This document shows, piece after piece, positions 1-13,570 of a DNA stretch of 64,000 nucleotides. A program made the translations under genes and the position numbers. Origin of the DNA: Euprymna scolopes (taxonomy: Eukaryota); the NCBI GenBank assembly GCA_053919585.1, contig CM132816.1; one strand, given 5' to 3'. Every line of letters starts with the position of its first letter. The first letter of the stretch is position 1. A model generated the notes under the pieces. The model searched no databases. It was not told the origin of the DNA and was given only the letters and a program-made list of their open reading frames with translations.

Positions 1-494
1 TCTGGGGAGGTTTTAGGTTTTTGCTGGAACATTTTTGAGGGTATGAAACTGTCTATACCTACAGTTAACTATTCCGTCAGGTCTGATATTATAGAGGACA
101 CATCCTTTTTAAACATGGCATGCAGAGGTAGGTCTGATATAAATGTACAGAAGCTATCCCAGTCAGTCATAGAGTATTGATATACTGTACGATGGGGAGG
201 TATGTCTGAAGACCTATTACATCTTGTTTTTATCTTAACTGATATGACAGAGTGGTCGGAGGATCCCAGTGGAGACTGAACGGAAGATGAGCATAGCTCA
301 GGGCAAGTTGTGAGAAAAAGGTCTAGGAGACTTGCATACTGACCGTCAGTGTTGGGAACACGGGTGGGTTCTTGGACAATCTGAGTGAGGTCATAAGCAA
401 TGGAGAAATCTTGGTAGAACTTCCCCTCATCATCAGTCTTGTTTGAGTGGGTTAATCATTCCATGTTGTGAACATTGAAGTCCCTACAAACGTG
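1..494 (-). mobile_element. CR1-group LINE fragment, APE endonuclease C-terminal half (runs off the window edge)
   Basis: Manual minus-strand translation gives HVCRDFNVHN...LTQIVQEPTRVP...LLDLFLT...PLGSSDHSVI...YSMTDWDSF. These match the GDFN, PTR, LDL and SDH motifs of LINE endonucleases. Internal stops are present. Confidence 0.85.
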
Positions 495-497
495 ACG

Positions 498-1183
498 ATA
501 TGGACACCATAGAGACCGATGTACAGGACTCCCAATCTGCATGAGATGTGGAGATAATGAGACACAATGACTGTCAAAAGGAACCAAAATGCGTTAACTG
601 TCACAAGCGCAAATTCAACGGAATGCAAAAAATGGAAAAAAGAAATTCTTAAAATAAGACACAAAAAACATAACTTTTCAAGAAGCTTGTAACTTTGCAG
701 AAAACACCAAATGTGCTGATATAACAAAAATAAGTATACAGTCTACCTCTGAACTAAATAATAATGCAACAAAAACCAACTCTTCCAACATCAAAATTGA
801 GGTCTTCACAAAACTAATCTATGAACTGAAAGAAGAACTAATGGAAGATTTAAAAAAAAAGAAAAAACTATGGAACAAATCATCACAGAAAGCAAAAACT
901 ATATAATAAAGATTATAACCAAAACAGAACAAAACTCCCAAACTGAAACACAACCCAAAAAACCCATGAAACGCCACCATCTATAGAAACAACCCCTCTT
1001 ATGAAAAAAAAAAAAAAAAACAAGTTTTAAAAGAACTCTGCGAAACCTCACCCAATAAGGAAAAAAAAGTAAAATTAACAGATCATGCTCAACGTCCAAA
1101 TCAAGAGTCACAACACAAAACAAATTTGAGGGAATGGATGTGAAGTAACAAAGATCAGACACACACGACCAAAAAACAACAAA

Positions 1184-1223
<40 letters not shown>

Positions 1224-1855
1224 AAACCAAACTTCTAGAATCTCTGTTCTTACCAGAGAAACAAACAAAAACTACCATAGGACAAAGCTTAAAACCAAAC
1301 TACAAAACCATGGGTAAAAAAATAATCCAATGGAACTGCCGTGGTTTGAAAGCAAATATGTAGTTCATTGAACTACAACTATTGATAACACAAAAACAAC
1401 CTACAATAATCTGCCTTCAAAAAGCCTTTCTGAAGCATGACAGCATAAACATCAAGAACTTTCAAACATTCAATTACACCCATAATTCCAGAGGCAGAGC
1501 CTCAGGGGGAGTATCGATTCTGATCCGAAGCGACACACCCCACAGTAAGGTAAATATCACCACAAATATCCAAGCAATTGCCATCTACACAAAACAATAA
1601 CAGTATGCTCTACATATACCCCACCAAACGAAGATATAGATAAAGACTATTTAAAAAACTAATCAATCAATTGCCCAAACCCTTCGTCCTGTTAGGTGAC
1701 TTTAATAATCACAATATACTATGAGGGTGTAAAGACACCAATAAAAAAAGGTAGAACAATTGAAGAGATCATCAACGAAAATAATATATGCCTGCTTAAC
1801 AACAGTTCACCTACATACATCAATCCATCTACTGGAAATCACTCCACTACAGATC
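498..1855 (+). mobile_element. Older degraded I/Nimb-clade LINE fragment (ORF1 zinc knuckles plus endonuclease N-half)
   Basis: YGHHRDRCTGLPICMRCG...CVNCH at ~498-605 parallels the ORF1 knuckles of the next element. ATG 1310 gives MGKKIIQWNCRGLKAN, followed by ASGGVSILIR, LLGDFNNH and TYINPSTGNHSTTD. Many frameshifts; a (TA)n tract lies at ~1185-1220. Confidence 0.85.
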
Positions 1856-2027
1856 CCAATAGCAATATCAAGAGAGAACAGATAATCATTATGATACCAC
1901 CAAAGTCGGTTATATCATCATTGTATCCCTGTGGAGGCTGGGTGAATGGGTTTCCCCCCAGGCTCTTCCCAAATAGGACTCCAAGGTGGGTGGGGAACAA
2001 AGATGACGAAAAAAGAAAACAAAATAT

Positions 2028-3245
2028 ATGGCTTATTCCTCCCAAAAACCACCCAACCACCCAAAGAGAACCCACTCTGATGTCAGAGGAAGAGACGATA
2101 AAACCAAGGAACTCAACATTCGTAGTAATAGAATCAATAGAGGAAACTCCTTTGAGCAAACTATCACCTTTTAAAATTTAAAGAAATCTTAAAACTTTAA
2201 AACCAAAGTCTATTAAAAAACAATTTAACGGCCGCCTACTAATAGAAACCCATAACGAAGAACAAACTAAAAAAATATTGAAACTAAAATTATTTGAAAA
2301 CATCAAAGTCAAATGCTACAGACATCCAACCCTAAATACCTGCAAAGGAGTTGTGAAAAGCCACGAACTTGCACTTTGTCCCTTGGAGGAAATCAAGACA
2401 AACTTACAGAAACAGAATGTGTTAGATGTTCGTAGAGTCCAAATCAAAAAAAAGTGAGAAAATCGATACCAACACATATATACTAACTTTTGATTCCCTC
2501 ACCATACCCAAAGAAGTGAAAGTTGGACATATGAAAATAAATGTAGAAATTTATATTTCAAACCCCTTCCAATGCTTCAAGTGCCAGAAGTTTGGACACC
2601 ATCAAGATCGGTGCACACGATTACCAGTGTGTGGAAGATGTGGAGAAAGCGGCCCACACATTGACTGCAGAAAAGATTTCAAGTGTGCCAACTGCCTTGG
2701 AAATCATGGCGCTGGCTCTAGATATTGTGAAATATGGAAAAGAGAAAAAGAAGTGGCCAAACTAAAACATACAAAGAATATATCCTACCTAGAGGCCAGG
2801 AAAATCATTGAAACTAAAACATATGCAGATGCAACTAAAAAAACTACTCCAATCAACAATCAAAATGGTCATATACATGTAACGGATACAACTGACAAGA
2901 AAATTGATGTCTTAAGCAAACTAATAAAGGAGATGAAAGAACTATTAGAAGAAATGAGGAAAATGAATAGTGCAATGTCTGCAACCAATCCAAGGATAAT
3001 ATTAAGTAAAGACACTACTGAACCACAAAAAGAAACAAAACCACAAACCATTTCTACAAAAACAACCGAACAACCATCAAACACATCACAAGCCAGAAAA
3101 GAATCAAAAATCCCCTCCAGACAAAAAAAACAAACAAACAAAAACAGGAAAAGAAAGATCCCGATCTATATCCCGAACAGGGACTCCGACAGAAAATAGA
3201 TTTGAGGGATTGGAGATGATGGAAGTTGAACACAATTCCAAATGA
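2028..3245 (+). pseudogene. LINE ORF1 (gag-like nucleic-acid chaperone, three CCHC-type knuckles), frameshifted
   Basis: ATG 2028 gives MAYSSQKPP. Later motifs: LSKLSPF, HPTLNTCKGVV, NPFQCFKCQKFGHHQDRC, CGRCGESGPHIDC, CANCLGNHGAGSRYC. At least two frameshifts and one stop. Confidence 0.88.
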
Positions 3246-6200
3246 TGAACAAAATATTACAATGGAATATCAGAGGGATAAAAGCAAACCAAAATGAACT
3301 CACATTATTAATAACAAATATGAGCCCAGCACTTGTCTGTCTGCAGGAGACCTTTCTGAAAGAAAATAATACCATCAACATAAAACACTACACATCTTAC
3401 AACTACATAAATAAAGATACGGACAGACCTTCTGGAGGCACATCAATACTCGTGAAGAATGAAGTCCCTCAAAGACAAATAAATATAAACACAAACTTGC
3501 AAGCAATTGCAGTTTCAGTGACTCTACATAGAACTATAACACTTTGCTGAATCTACATCCCTCCAAAAGATACAATCAACGAAACTGAGATAACTCAATT
3601 AATAAAACAACTCCCTAAACCCTTTTTTCTACTAGGAGATTTCAACAGTCACAATGTAATATGGGGAAGTAAAGAAACAAATAAAAAAGGAAAAGAAATA
3701 GAAAACATAATAAATAAAAATAATCTATGCCTCCTTAATAATCAAAACTACACCTATATGTACCCAGCAACAGGTACTTTCACCGCCATTGACCTTACCT
3801 TATGTGATCCTTCCATATATATGGACTATGATTGGAAAGTACACAATGACACCTGTGGGAGTGATCATTTCCCAATCATTCTGGAAAGTTTAAGTACTAG
3901 TACTGAACAAAAAACACCCAAATGGAACCTCCATAAAGCGAATTGGGAACACTTCCAGGAACAGTGCAAAAACCAATTAATTATCGAAAAGAAAGATGAA
4001 GATGACCATTTGAACTACTTCATTAAAACACTCACAAACATAGCAAATAATACCATACCGAAAACAACCAAAACCAACAATCACAACAAACCTTGGTTCA
4101 CAAAAGAATGCAGAAAAGCCATCAGAGCTCGATGAGCTGCCTTGAGAAATTTCGAAAAGTACCCAACAAGCGAAAATCTGGATTTCTTCAAAAACAACAG
4201 CAAAAGCCAGACGAATCATAAAGGAATCCAAAAGAACAACATGGAGAAATTATATATCCAAAATTAATGTGAATACCAAGGCAAAAACAGTTTGGAAAAT
4301 GATGAGGAAAATAGAAGGAAAGTGTAGTAGTACACCAATATCCCACATCTCTAAAGGCAACAAAATATACACCGATCAAAAAGACATTTCCAATAACCTG
4401 GCAGATAATTTATCAAAAATTTCATCATGTGACAAACAGAAATTCAAAAAGATTAGAGAAAAGGAAGAGAAGAAAATTCTATTTAAATCACAAAATACCG
4501 AAAAATACAACCAACCTCTTACCTTGCCTGAATTAAAAGAATCGTTAACCAAATCCCATGACACAGCTACAGGGCCTGATGAAATTCCATATGAAATCCT
4601 CAAAAAACTTCCAGAAACCTCAATGAAATACCTACTTGAAATTTTCAATATTATATGGTCCAGTGGAAACGTACCTGAGACCTGGAAAGAGGCCACAATA
4701 ATACCAATCCCCAAATCTGAAAACTCAAACATCCAATCCCAATCAAGTAACGTCTCAGATCCATTGAATTTCAGGCCAATAGCTCTAACAAGCTGCATTT
4801 GTAAAACCATGGAAAGGATTATAAACAAAAGACTAATCTGGTTCCTGGAAACAGAGAATCTTATTACAGAATTTCAAACAGGATTCAGGAAAAACCGAAG
4901 TTCAATAGACCACATAGTCAGACTTGAAACCTTCATCAGAGAAGCCTTTGTAAAGAAGGAACATTTAACAGCAGTGTTTTTTGACATGGAAAAAGCCTAC
5001 GATACTGTGTGGAAGTATTACAAGGGATCTGAAGGCGCTTGGACTAAAAGGCAGAATGCCAATTTTTATTGAAAATTTTTTTTAAAATAGACGGTTCAGA
5101 ATAAAGGTTGGCACAGCTCTCTCGGACTTGAAGGAACAAGAGAATGGAGTACCTCAAGGGAGTATACTGTCAGTGACCCTGTTCAGTATCCGAATTAACA
5201 ACATTGTAAAAAACCTTAACCCTGGGGTAGATTGCTCCCTATATGTGGATGACTTCCTAATATGCTGTAGATCTAGATATATATCTATAATAGAAAGGAA
5301 GCTTCAATTGTGCTTAAACAAAGTAATGAGATGGATGGAAGAGAATGGATTTAGATTCTCCAAAAGAAAAACGAAATGCATGCATTTCTGCAAACTAAAG
5401 AACATGCATAATGATCCTGTCCTAACCATGGAAGGAATTCCCATACCCGTTACTGACCAGTACAAATTCTTAGGGATTTTATTTGACAAAAAGTTAACAT
5501 TCATCCCACACATAAGCTATCTGAAAAAAAAATGTAACAAAGCTGTAAATCTTTTGAGAGTGGTAGCACATACCGATTGGGGTGCAGACAGGGAAACACT
5601 CCTTAAACTTTACAGAGCACTAGTCCGCTCAAAGCTAGACTATGGTTGTTTCATATATGGATCAACCCAAACATCATATATAAAAAGCCTAGACCTTATT
5701 CACCATACTGGCCTAAGATTGGCCCTAAGAGCATACAGAACCTCCCCCGTGAACAGTCTATACACGGAAGCACATGAACCCCCACTAGATCTAAGGTGAG
5801 AAAATTTAGCCCTTCAATATTTACTCAAACTGAAGTCTTTCCCAAACAACCCTGGATACCAATGTACCTTCTATCCTAAATATGAAGAACTCTTCAACAT
5901 GAGAGGAAAAACTATCAAAACTTTCGGGCTCCGAATGAAGGAAAGCATTGAAGAATCGAAAATTCCAATCTCCAGCATTCACAACTTCATACTGCCTAAA
6001 ACACCCCCATGGACCATTAAATAAGTAGAAATAAAACTGAACCTAAACAAAAAGTCCAAATCTACCACAAACCCTATTGAATACCACGACGAACTTCAAC
6101 ATTTAAAATTACAATATTCAGACTACACCTTTATCTACACAGACGGGTCTAAAAGCAACAATCACACTGGATGTGCAGCAACGTACCATAAAACCACAAT

Positions 6201-6922
6201 GAAGAGAAATCTTCAAAATGAAGCATCTATATTCACTGCCGAGACTATAGCTATCGATCTAGCACTCAATATAATTTCAGAGGAAACCACCAAAAACTTC
6301 ATCATTCTCACAGATTCTCTATCAGTCCTATTATCTATACAAAATCAAAAACAAGAAAATCCACTAACAACAAAATTAAGAGAAAAAAATCAATATCCTT
6401 GCAACCACTAAAAACATTATTCTTGTCTGGATCCCCAGCCATGTGGGAATCAAAGGCAATGACAGGGCAGATACAGCTGCAAAAAAATCTTCTCACCTTC
6501 CAACTGACAATTTTAAGATTCCACATACTGATCTTAGACCCCAGATAAAAGCATACATATAGGAAAAATGGCAACTGCGGTGGAGTCAGCAAGAGGGGAG
6601 CAAATTATACTCAATCAAACCTAAACTTAAGGAACGATGTCCGAACATCAAGAGATCACGCCGAGAAGATGTGATACTGACTCGGCTGCGCATAAGACAC
6701 CAACTTTACTCATTCTTATATACTAAATGGAGAATCAGCGTCAGAGTGCATCCATGCCAGGAGACACTCACAGTAAAACATATCCTAGTTGGGTGTGATG
6801 ACCTCGCCCCAACTAGAAAACTATATTATACAGAAAGCAATATGGAGGACCTTTTTGAAAAGGTCAACTCAACAAATATTCTAGCATAGCTAAGGAAAGT
6901 AAATTTATATAAGAAAATTTAA
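3242..6922 (+). pseudogene. LINE ORF2 polyprotein (APE endonuclease, reverse transcriptase, RNase H, C-terminal zinc knuckle), disrupted
   Basis: Endonuclease: ILQWNIRG, CLQET, GDFNSH, GSDHFPI. RT: FRPIALTS, QTGFRK, FFDMEKAYD, GVPQGSILS, LYVDDF. RNase H: YTDGSK, IFTAE, TDSLS, WIPSHVGIKGNDRAD. C-terminus: CQETLTVKHILVGC. Split by several stops and frameshifts. Confidence 0.95.
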
Positions 6923-7125
6923 GGAAATTTAAAGTCCCCCAAATATACACATCCATGTATAAATACAACATTTAATTTCTTAGTTCGATTTTATAAAAAA
7001 AAAAGGGAGGAAAGGCTGAAAAAGTCCCCCCCCCCCATAAAAATAGTTTTTAAAAAAAAAAAAGGACTCCGGCATTAAATGACCACATAGGTTGATATGC
7101 CGTAAAACCAATCAATCAATCAACC

Positions 7126-8706
7126 ATAATGACCCTTGTTTGAAACTTGAAAATACAGAAATTCCCATTGTAGACGAATATAAATTCCTATGTTTGACAT
7201 TTGATAAAAAAAAAAAAAAACTGACATTCATTCCCCCACCTGAAGAACCTGAAAACAAACTTCAATAAAAGACTGCAGCTGCCCACACAGAATCGGGTGA
7301 AGATCAAAACCTCTTCTGAAACTATACAGGTCATTGATTAGATCAAAACTTGACTATCGGTCGGCTAGAATGACTTACTAAACCCGATCTGCCATGGAGG
7401 GCTGAGACTGGCACTAGGAGCCTTCAGGACGTCCCGAGTTGAAAGTCTACACGTAGAGGCCAATGAGATACCAGCAGATATAAGGAGCCATAAATTAGCT
7501 GCCCAATACTAAACTAAAATCATGTCCAAACAATCCTGCATACAATGTCATATTCCATCCAAGATACAGTGAACTATTGAACAGCAAAAGAAAAAGCTAT
7601 AAAACCTTTCAACCTATGAATGAAAACAATATTACAAGAATCACAAATAACAACCAAAAATATCCACGAACATACTATGTCTGAAATACTTGGTTACTCA
7701 AAAAACCCAAAGTGATCCTCAAACTAAGTAAACTCCCCAAAGCAAAAACCCTAACCCACCTACCAAGAAAAATTCCACAAAATACTTCTAGACTATCCCG
7801 ATCATCTACACCTCAACACAGATGACTCTAAGGACCACAACAGGACAGCATACACAGCTGTTCTAAATGGAACACCTCACCAGAAGGCACTACCAACTGA
7901 AAGCTCTATTTTCACTGCAGAAGTCTGTGGTATCAACCTTGCTCTCAACATCCTAACAAAAAACAAACAAAGAAGTTTATAATTTTTTTCAGATTCACTC
8001 TCTGTTCTATCATCATTGAACAGATTAAACTCAATGACTACCCACAAAACGGTAATCATGTGCTGATTCCAAGCCATATCGGTAATGAAAGAGCAGACTT
8101 AGCAGCTAAATCAGCTTTAAACCTAAATCCTGAAACTATCAATATTCCTTACAGACTTAAAATACAAAACCAATAAACTATTTTATGCAAAATGGCAACA
8201 GCGCTGGAATAATAAAACAAATAACAAGTTCTTCCAGATTAAATCCACTTTGGGAGAATGGGAACCATCCCCACAAAAAATCAAGAAAAGAACAAGTGGT
8301 TATAGCCTGAACACATATTGGCCACACAAACCTTACTCACTCCTACATGCTCAGGTAAGAGCAACCATCACAATGCCTTACATGCCAGAAGACCTGCACA
8401 ATAAAACATATCTTTGTGGAATGTGGAGCCTATGCTACTGCAAGAAAACGCCACCTAAAATCAAACAATATGAAAGACATTTTTAAAAACACCTGCACAG
8501 ACAATATTCTCTGATTTCTGAGAGAGATCAAACTATACCTAAAAATATAATATCAAGCCCTTCAAAGAAAACTTTCAATTAACCTTGTCCTCATTCAAAA
8601 AAAAAAAAACTAAATTAACAAACATTTTGAAACAAATAAAACAAATCTTCAGCATTAAATGGCCCCACGAAGGTCAAATGCCAACTAACTGACCAATCAA
8701 CCACCT
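7126..8706 (+). mobile_element. Older degraded I/Nimb-clade LINE 3' part (RT thumb, RNase H, 3' tail)
   Basis: NDPCLKLENTEIPIVDEYKFL, LYRSLIRSKLDY, LRLALGAFRTS, ESSIFTAE and FSDSLSVL are recognisable. The tail cagcattaaatggcc...aaatgccaactaactgaccaatcaacc resembles the tail at 7070-7125. Confidence 0.88.
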
Positions 8707-9676
8707 TCCTCTCCCTTCGCTCTCTTCTAAAATAGTTGGATATTAGCATGATTAGTAATGATGCAAGTACATTTCAAATTTCCGCAAATTTGGAGTGATT
8801 AATTTTAAAGATCATCAAGAAAGGAACAGCAACATTTTAGTGTATTTTCAACCCAATCCTAGCATGTAGCTAAATTTCAGAAGATGCTGACCTTTATAGT
8901 TTCAAAGATATTTACATTTATACAAAAATGTTTCAAAAAAAGAATTTTCTGAATAGTTTCTTAAAATGCTTTCTTGTTTGTTAAGTGGATGCAGAAAACT
9001 TAAGTTTTTTCATAATGCTGAATTAAATTAATAAAATGTGTAGATATCTGTGAATTTACTGTTATTTTATGATATCTGTATATAAATTTGCATATATTTT
9101 ATTACATGCATGCTTTGAAATTGTTTAGATGAAGATATATAATTTGGATTATTTTGATTACTATTCTCATCTTGGTTGTTAAAAAAAAATAAGTATTAAT
9201 ATTACACATCAGGGCAAAATTAGGTTAAAGGTTGCCAAAATTCATACTAGAATTATCCACATAGGCTCATAGGCTGATGGTTAAAAGTGAGTTAGGGTTA
9301 AAAACTAGTCCTAGAAGTTGGAGGTTGATAACAGATAACAGAAAAACAGTTTCACCCAATCGTGGTTGATGGAATGAGAATAATCTACTCATATTGAGGG
9401 TTCAGTTTGAAATTTCATACAGCTTCCAGACTTTGACTTTAATGTAAAACTACATGTGGAGATCATTGAAAATTTCCGTATCTAAATTATTGGATTTGTT
9501 TTTTATTAGTTTTGTATTACTATGAGCCATTAATGAACATCTCCTTGTGTGTTAGAAATTCTAAGACAAGTGTTCTAATTTCTTTTTCTCTCGTTCAAAA
9601 TTCATGGTTTCATTCAAAAATTCTTTGTATTTTTAAAAGTTTTTGTTTTTGCTACATTTTTTTTTTTTATCTTTAG

Positions 9677-9826
9677 GGTATTGATGGCAAGAAATTGATG
9701 AGTTTGACCCGAGAACAGATTGTCAACACCACCGGAATGAAGTTTGGTCCTTCGCTGAAAATTTATGAACTTCTTCAACAACTCCGTCATCATGTGGGGG
9801 AACAAAATCATTTGCCTCCATCTTGA
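9677..9826 (+). CDS. Terminal coding exon of a Polycomb-type SAM-domain protein (Sfmbt/MBTD1/L3MBTL-like)
   Basis: Preceded by a polypyrimidine tract and the acceptor ...tttttatctttag (AG at 9675-9676). Reads GIDGKKLMSLTREQIVNTTGMKFGPSLKIYELLQQLRHHVGEQNHLPPS*, matching the IDGxxLxxLT...GMKxGPxLKI signature of Polycomb/MBT SAM domains. Confidence 0.88.
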   Translation, partial: GIDGKKLMSLTREQIVNTTGMKFGPSLKIYELLQQLRHHVGEQNHLPPS

Positions 9827-12800
9827 GCCTGAAATTAAAAAAAAAAAAAAGTTAATAGATTGTGCTCGTTCATTCTAATTAAAACCAGACTGTCCATCAT
9901 ACTTATATGTTCTCTCATATCTGGAAATGAGGGTTTGAAATCGGCTTTGCAACAAATCCAAGCATAAAGACTTCATATCCATTTTGTTGTTTGTGATATA
10001 AATGGAATTATTTTTAATTCAAAGTTCATCCATTTTTACTTCTGCTACCATTCTCCCATTTCAATTTGCCTTTCCATGATAAAATTGAAACAAACTTGAT
10101 ACATCGAGCCTTGTTTCTTCTATATATAAAAATGTTAGACAAGATCAAACACAATTTGTTTACAGTAGATTGCCAAAGTCTGAACTACCAAAATGCAAAA
10201 CGTTACATTATTTTTTTTTCATTATTAAAAAAAAAAAAAAAAAAAATTGTCTCTGTCCAGCCACTCCTCCTGTAAATACTCATTATCGTTGACCCTTCTT
10301 GTAACAACCAACCATAAATGTTTTACAATTTTATTCTAATGTTATGAAAAAATCATTGTGTTTCTCAATTTGAAATCTGTTTTCTTGTTCCACCTTTGCT
10401 CTTAAAAGTGCCCCCCATCCACTCTGTTATCCCTGCCCTTGTTATATCTTAGTCTTTTATCTTTATCCTGAGTAGAAGAATGGCAAATATGGTTGGTATT
10501 TGAAAGCAAATAAATGACTTAGTTTTATACTATAGAGTCTAATCTCGACTATCAATAGAAAAGAAAGTGTTGGTTGAGCTGACAGCATCATTGACTTGAA
10601 TTGTTTCAATTTGCTAATTCTACTCATCAACATTCTACCCACCATCATAACACTCTTGTTGTTTTATGGTTAAGAAAGTTTATTATAATTTCAGTTTGAA
10701 CCAAAACCTCTTCAAGTTTTATAATTGTTAAGCGTCTTCAGTTTTATAATTGTTAAGCTTGGAGTCTTGTGAAATTTAATATTATAGATTTTAGTTAAGG
10801 AAAAATAAACATTGCTCAATTACATGTGTAAAAATGATATTTATTTTCTCGGTGAAAAAAAAACAAAACAAAGTGAATAGCTATATGATATCTATAGTTC
10901 CAATTACAACATGCAATTCTGCTTGTGAATAAAATTTTATGTTGTATGCACTGCAGTCAATGGGTTGCTATTGATATTGAAATGTTTGCCTTCAGAATTG
11001 CATGTTGGTTCAAACCATAGCTATTCACTTTGTTTTTAGAATCAGCAAAATATGTGTATGTGTATACAATCATTAACGAAAGTTTAAAGCCATTTAGTTA
11101 GAATAAAATTTCTTTTAGGTATTGTATTGTATACTTTTTTTATAATTCGACATTATCAATACTTGATTCCAGTCATTGAAGTTTAAAAAATAAGTAAAAA
11201 TAAAATCTTCCCAATTAATGAAGAACGAATTGTGGTTTCATTTGTGATAATACAATAAGAAGCTCTGGTGTAATAAGCATAAATTATGTTTTAACAAAAC
11301 GTGTGTTTAAGTAAAAACCAGAAATGTGCAAAAAAAAAAAAAGCTATCAAAATGTAATAGAAAATGACTAAAACACAAATCTTATCAATAGAATGATTAG
11401 ACACAAATGATACAAGCTGTCTGGCTTTCAATTTTCTTGTCACATCATTCCTTTTTATAAAACTTTCTATGATCCAAGGCTTGCTTTTTCGCCCAGTTAC
11501 CAACAGTTTGCAATGAGCACACAAGTTCTTCAACCTATTATAAAATCCATTTAACCATTGCTTTAAAAAGATACAGATGTTAGTTTTATAATTGTTAAGC
11601 TTGGAGTCTTATCTTAACTTACTTAAATTGGCTTTCAATCCGATTACCATTTAGAAATTCAAGTGTCAGCCATTTTGTAAACAGCTTAAATCCTAACACC
11701 TGCTGATTGGGATACAGTCAGTTTTTTAACACACTGCAAGTTTTTGCAAATTTGATTTCTTGAAACCATCATACAGTATACAATTTGATGAAAACTGATT
11801 TGTGATGCGAATCATCAAATTTACAATTTTATTGCTTTCCACTTCTAATGAGAAACAAAAAATACACATTTATCATTTTTATTTATATTTTCATCCAAAA
11901 CTATTTCATAAAGGTCTGCACAATTTTAATGATTGTGCAAATCTTTTGTCTAAAAACAAACTTGATTGAAAATTTCAAGAACAAGAGTGTGTTTAAAGCA
12001 ACATCCATCTGCTGAATGTAAAATACTCATACACTTGTCACTGATCATTATTATGTGAAAAGAAGTAATCTATTATGATAATATTTCTTATAATAAATCT
12101 GTTATTTTAATGTTTTCTTCAGTCAGGCAATGTTGGGTCCAATTCTATTCATTATTATTGTTTTTTTAAATTTGTCATATTTTTAGTTCTAACATCTTAA
12201 CACCTTACAGAGTTATCTTAAATTTTAGTTAATGACTTTATCAGGTTCAGATCTGTGGATAAACGGACCAGCAAGTTTGTTTTTTTTATATTACACTTGA
12301 ATGTCGATTTCTTAAGTAGTTGTCTTGGATCTAAAACTAAAAGTGGAGATCAATTGAATTTTATTGTTCTTCCATGTCATCTTTGTAGATTTGTTATTGT
12401 CACTTCTGCTCAAATACTTTCATTTTGTAATAATTGTTGATTTTGATCAAAGCAGAAAAATTATCATCAGACAAGTGTTGTAATTTAAAACATTCTTCAT
12501 CCTACATATTATTTATCTACATATGTAAAAATCCATTTTATTGCCTTTTGTGGTTCATATGTTGATTTGGTTTAAAGTCTCATAAGCATTCAAGCCTAAA
12601 GGGAAGTCTTTCACTTCATACCCACTGCTGGTTGTAAAAATAGATACCATCACAAGGTTTGTTATTTCTTTACTCTCTACGTTGCCTCAATTACTGGTTA
12701 CACTATCCTGCCGTTGATAAAGATAAATTTTTAATATATTTTTTCTCGTTCTTGGTTGGTTGTAAAAGATTTACTGAACATATTTCGTTAGTATGGGTCT

Positions 12801-13570
12801 ATTCACTATTTCAAAACATTCAATTTATTTCACTTAACAAAAAATATACACGGAATATTTAAATGTATTTTCTTGATCCTCATTACCAGATATAACATCC
12901 TGTATGCTCAGTATGTAGCATCACATTTGATTAGTGATCAACCATTCAGATTGACTGTTGTCTTATTGTTAACATAACATTACATTGAAAAAGCTATTAA
13001 AAAAAAAAATCATAACATTACAAAGCATCGAGATTTTTTTTCTTTAAATCATGTGAACTTAAAAATATCACCAGCATTACAAATTCTTCAGGGTGCCATG
13101 ATTATGTTACCCACCTTTCTAAACCTTGGACCATCTTTTACCACTTAATACTCTTTGACCCCCTCCACACACTATTGTTATATCTGATTTATTTCCAAAG
13201 ACAAAAGAAAATATGTTGTTATGCCACTTTGTCTTCTCACAACCAAATACCACCATTTCTTTTTTCACCCCTACCCTTATCTAAAATTATCCCACCCTCA
13301 TGTCCTTTCTATTCTTTTTATGTACATAAATAACATGAAACTCTCATACTTATTTTTCATTTATCTTTTCTATTTTTGTTTTCCTTATTGTTTATTGGTA
13401 CTTCCCCCCGCCCCATCAGTGTTATAATCTATTGTCTATACTAAAAATGTGTACCAATTCTATTTGGCACACTTTTTTGTTTTTATATTGAAATATGATG
13501 TACAGCATTTTTTTTTTTTAACTGAAAATTCTGGCTATTCTATAAATATAATATAAAGTGAAATCATTTA
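9827..13570 (+). other. Probable long 3' UTR of the SAM-domain gene (end uncertain)
   Basis: About 3.7 kb of AT-rich sequence with no recognisable transposon after the stop codon, in a transposon-saturated window. AATAAA occurs near 10803, 10928 and 11102, and an AATATA variant near 13545. Confidence 0.45.

Larger units (their letters stand above)
1856..7125 (+). mobile_element. Near full-length I/Nimb-clade non-LTR retrotransposon (ORF1; ORF2 EN-RT-RNase H-CCHC), inactivated
   Basis: Has a 5' UTR, gag-like ORF1, ORF2 with all expected domains, a 3' UTR ending ggcattaaatgacc...ggttgatatgccgtaaaac, and a (CAAT)n tail at ~7109-7125. The 5' boundary is approximate and no TSD was found. Confidence 0.93.

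Noticed and set aside
899-5513. Hydrophobic minus-strand ORFs overlapping the LINEs
   Set aside because: They are antisense artefacts of the A-rich LINE coding strand.
9614-9811. 65-aa minus-strand ORF from the track
   Set aside because: It is the antisense shadow of the plus-strand SAM exon.
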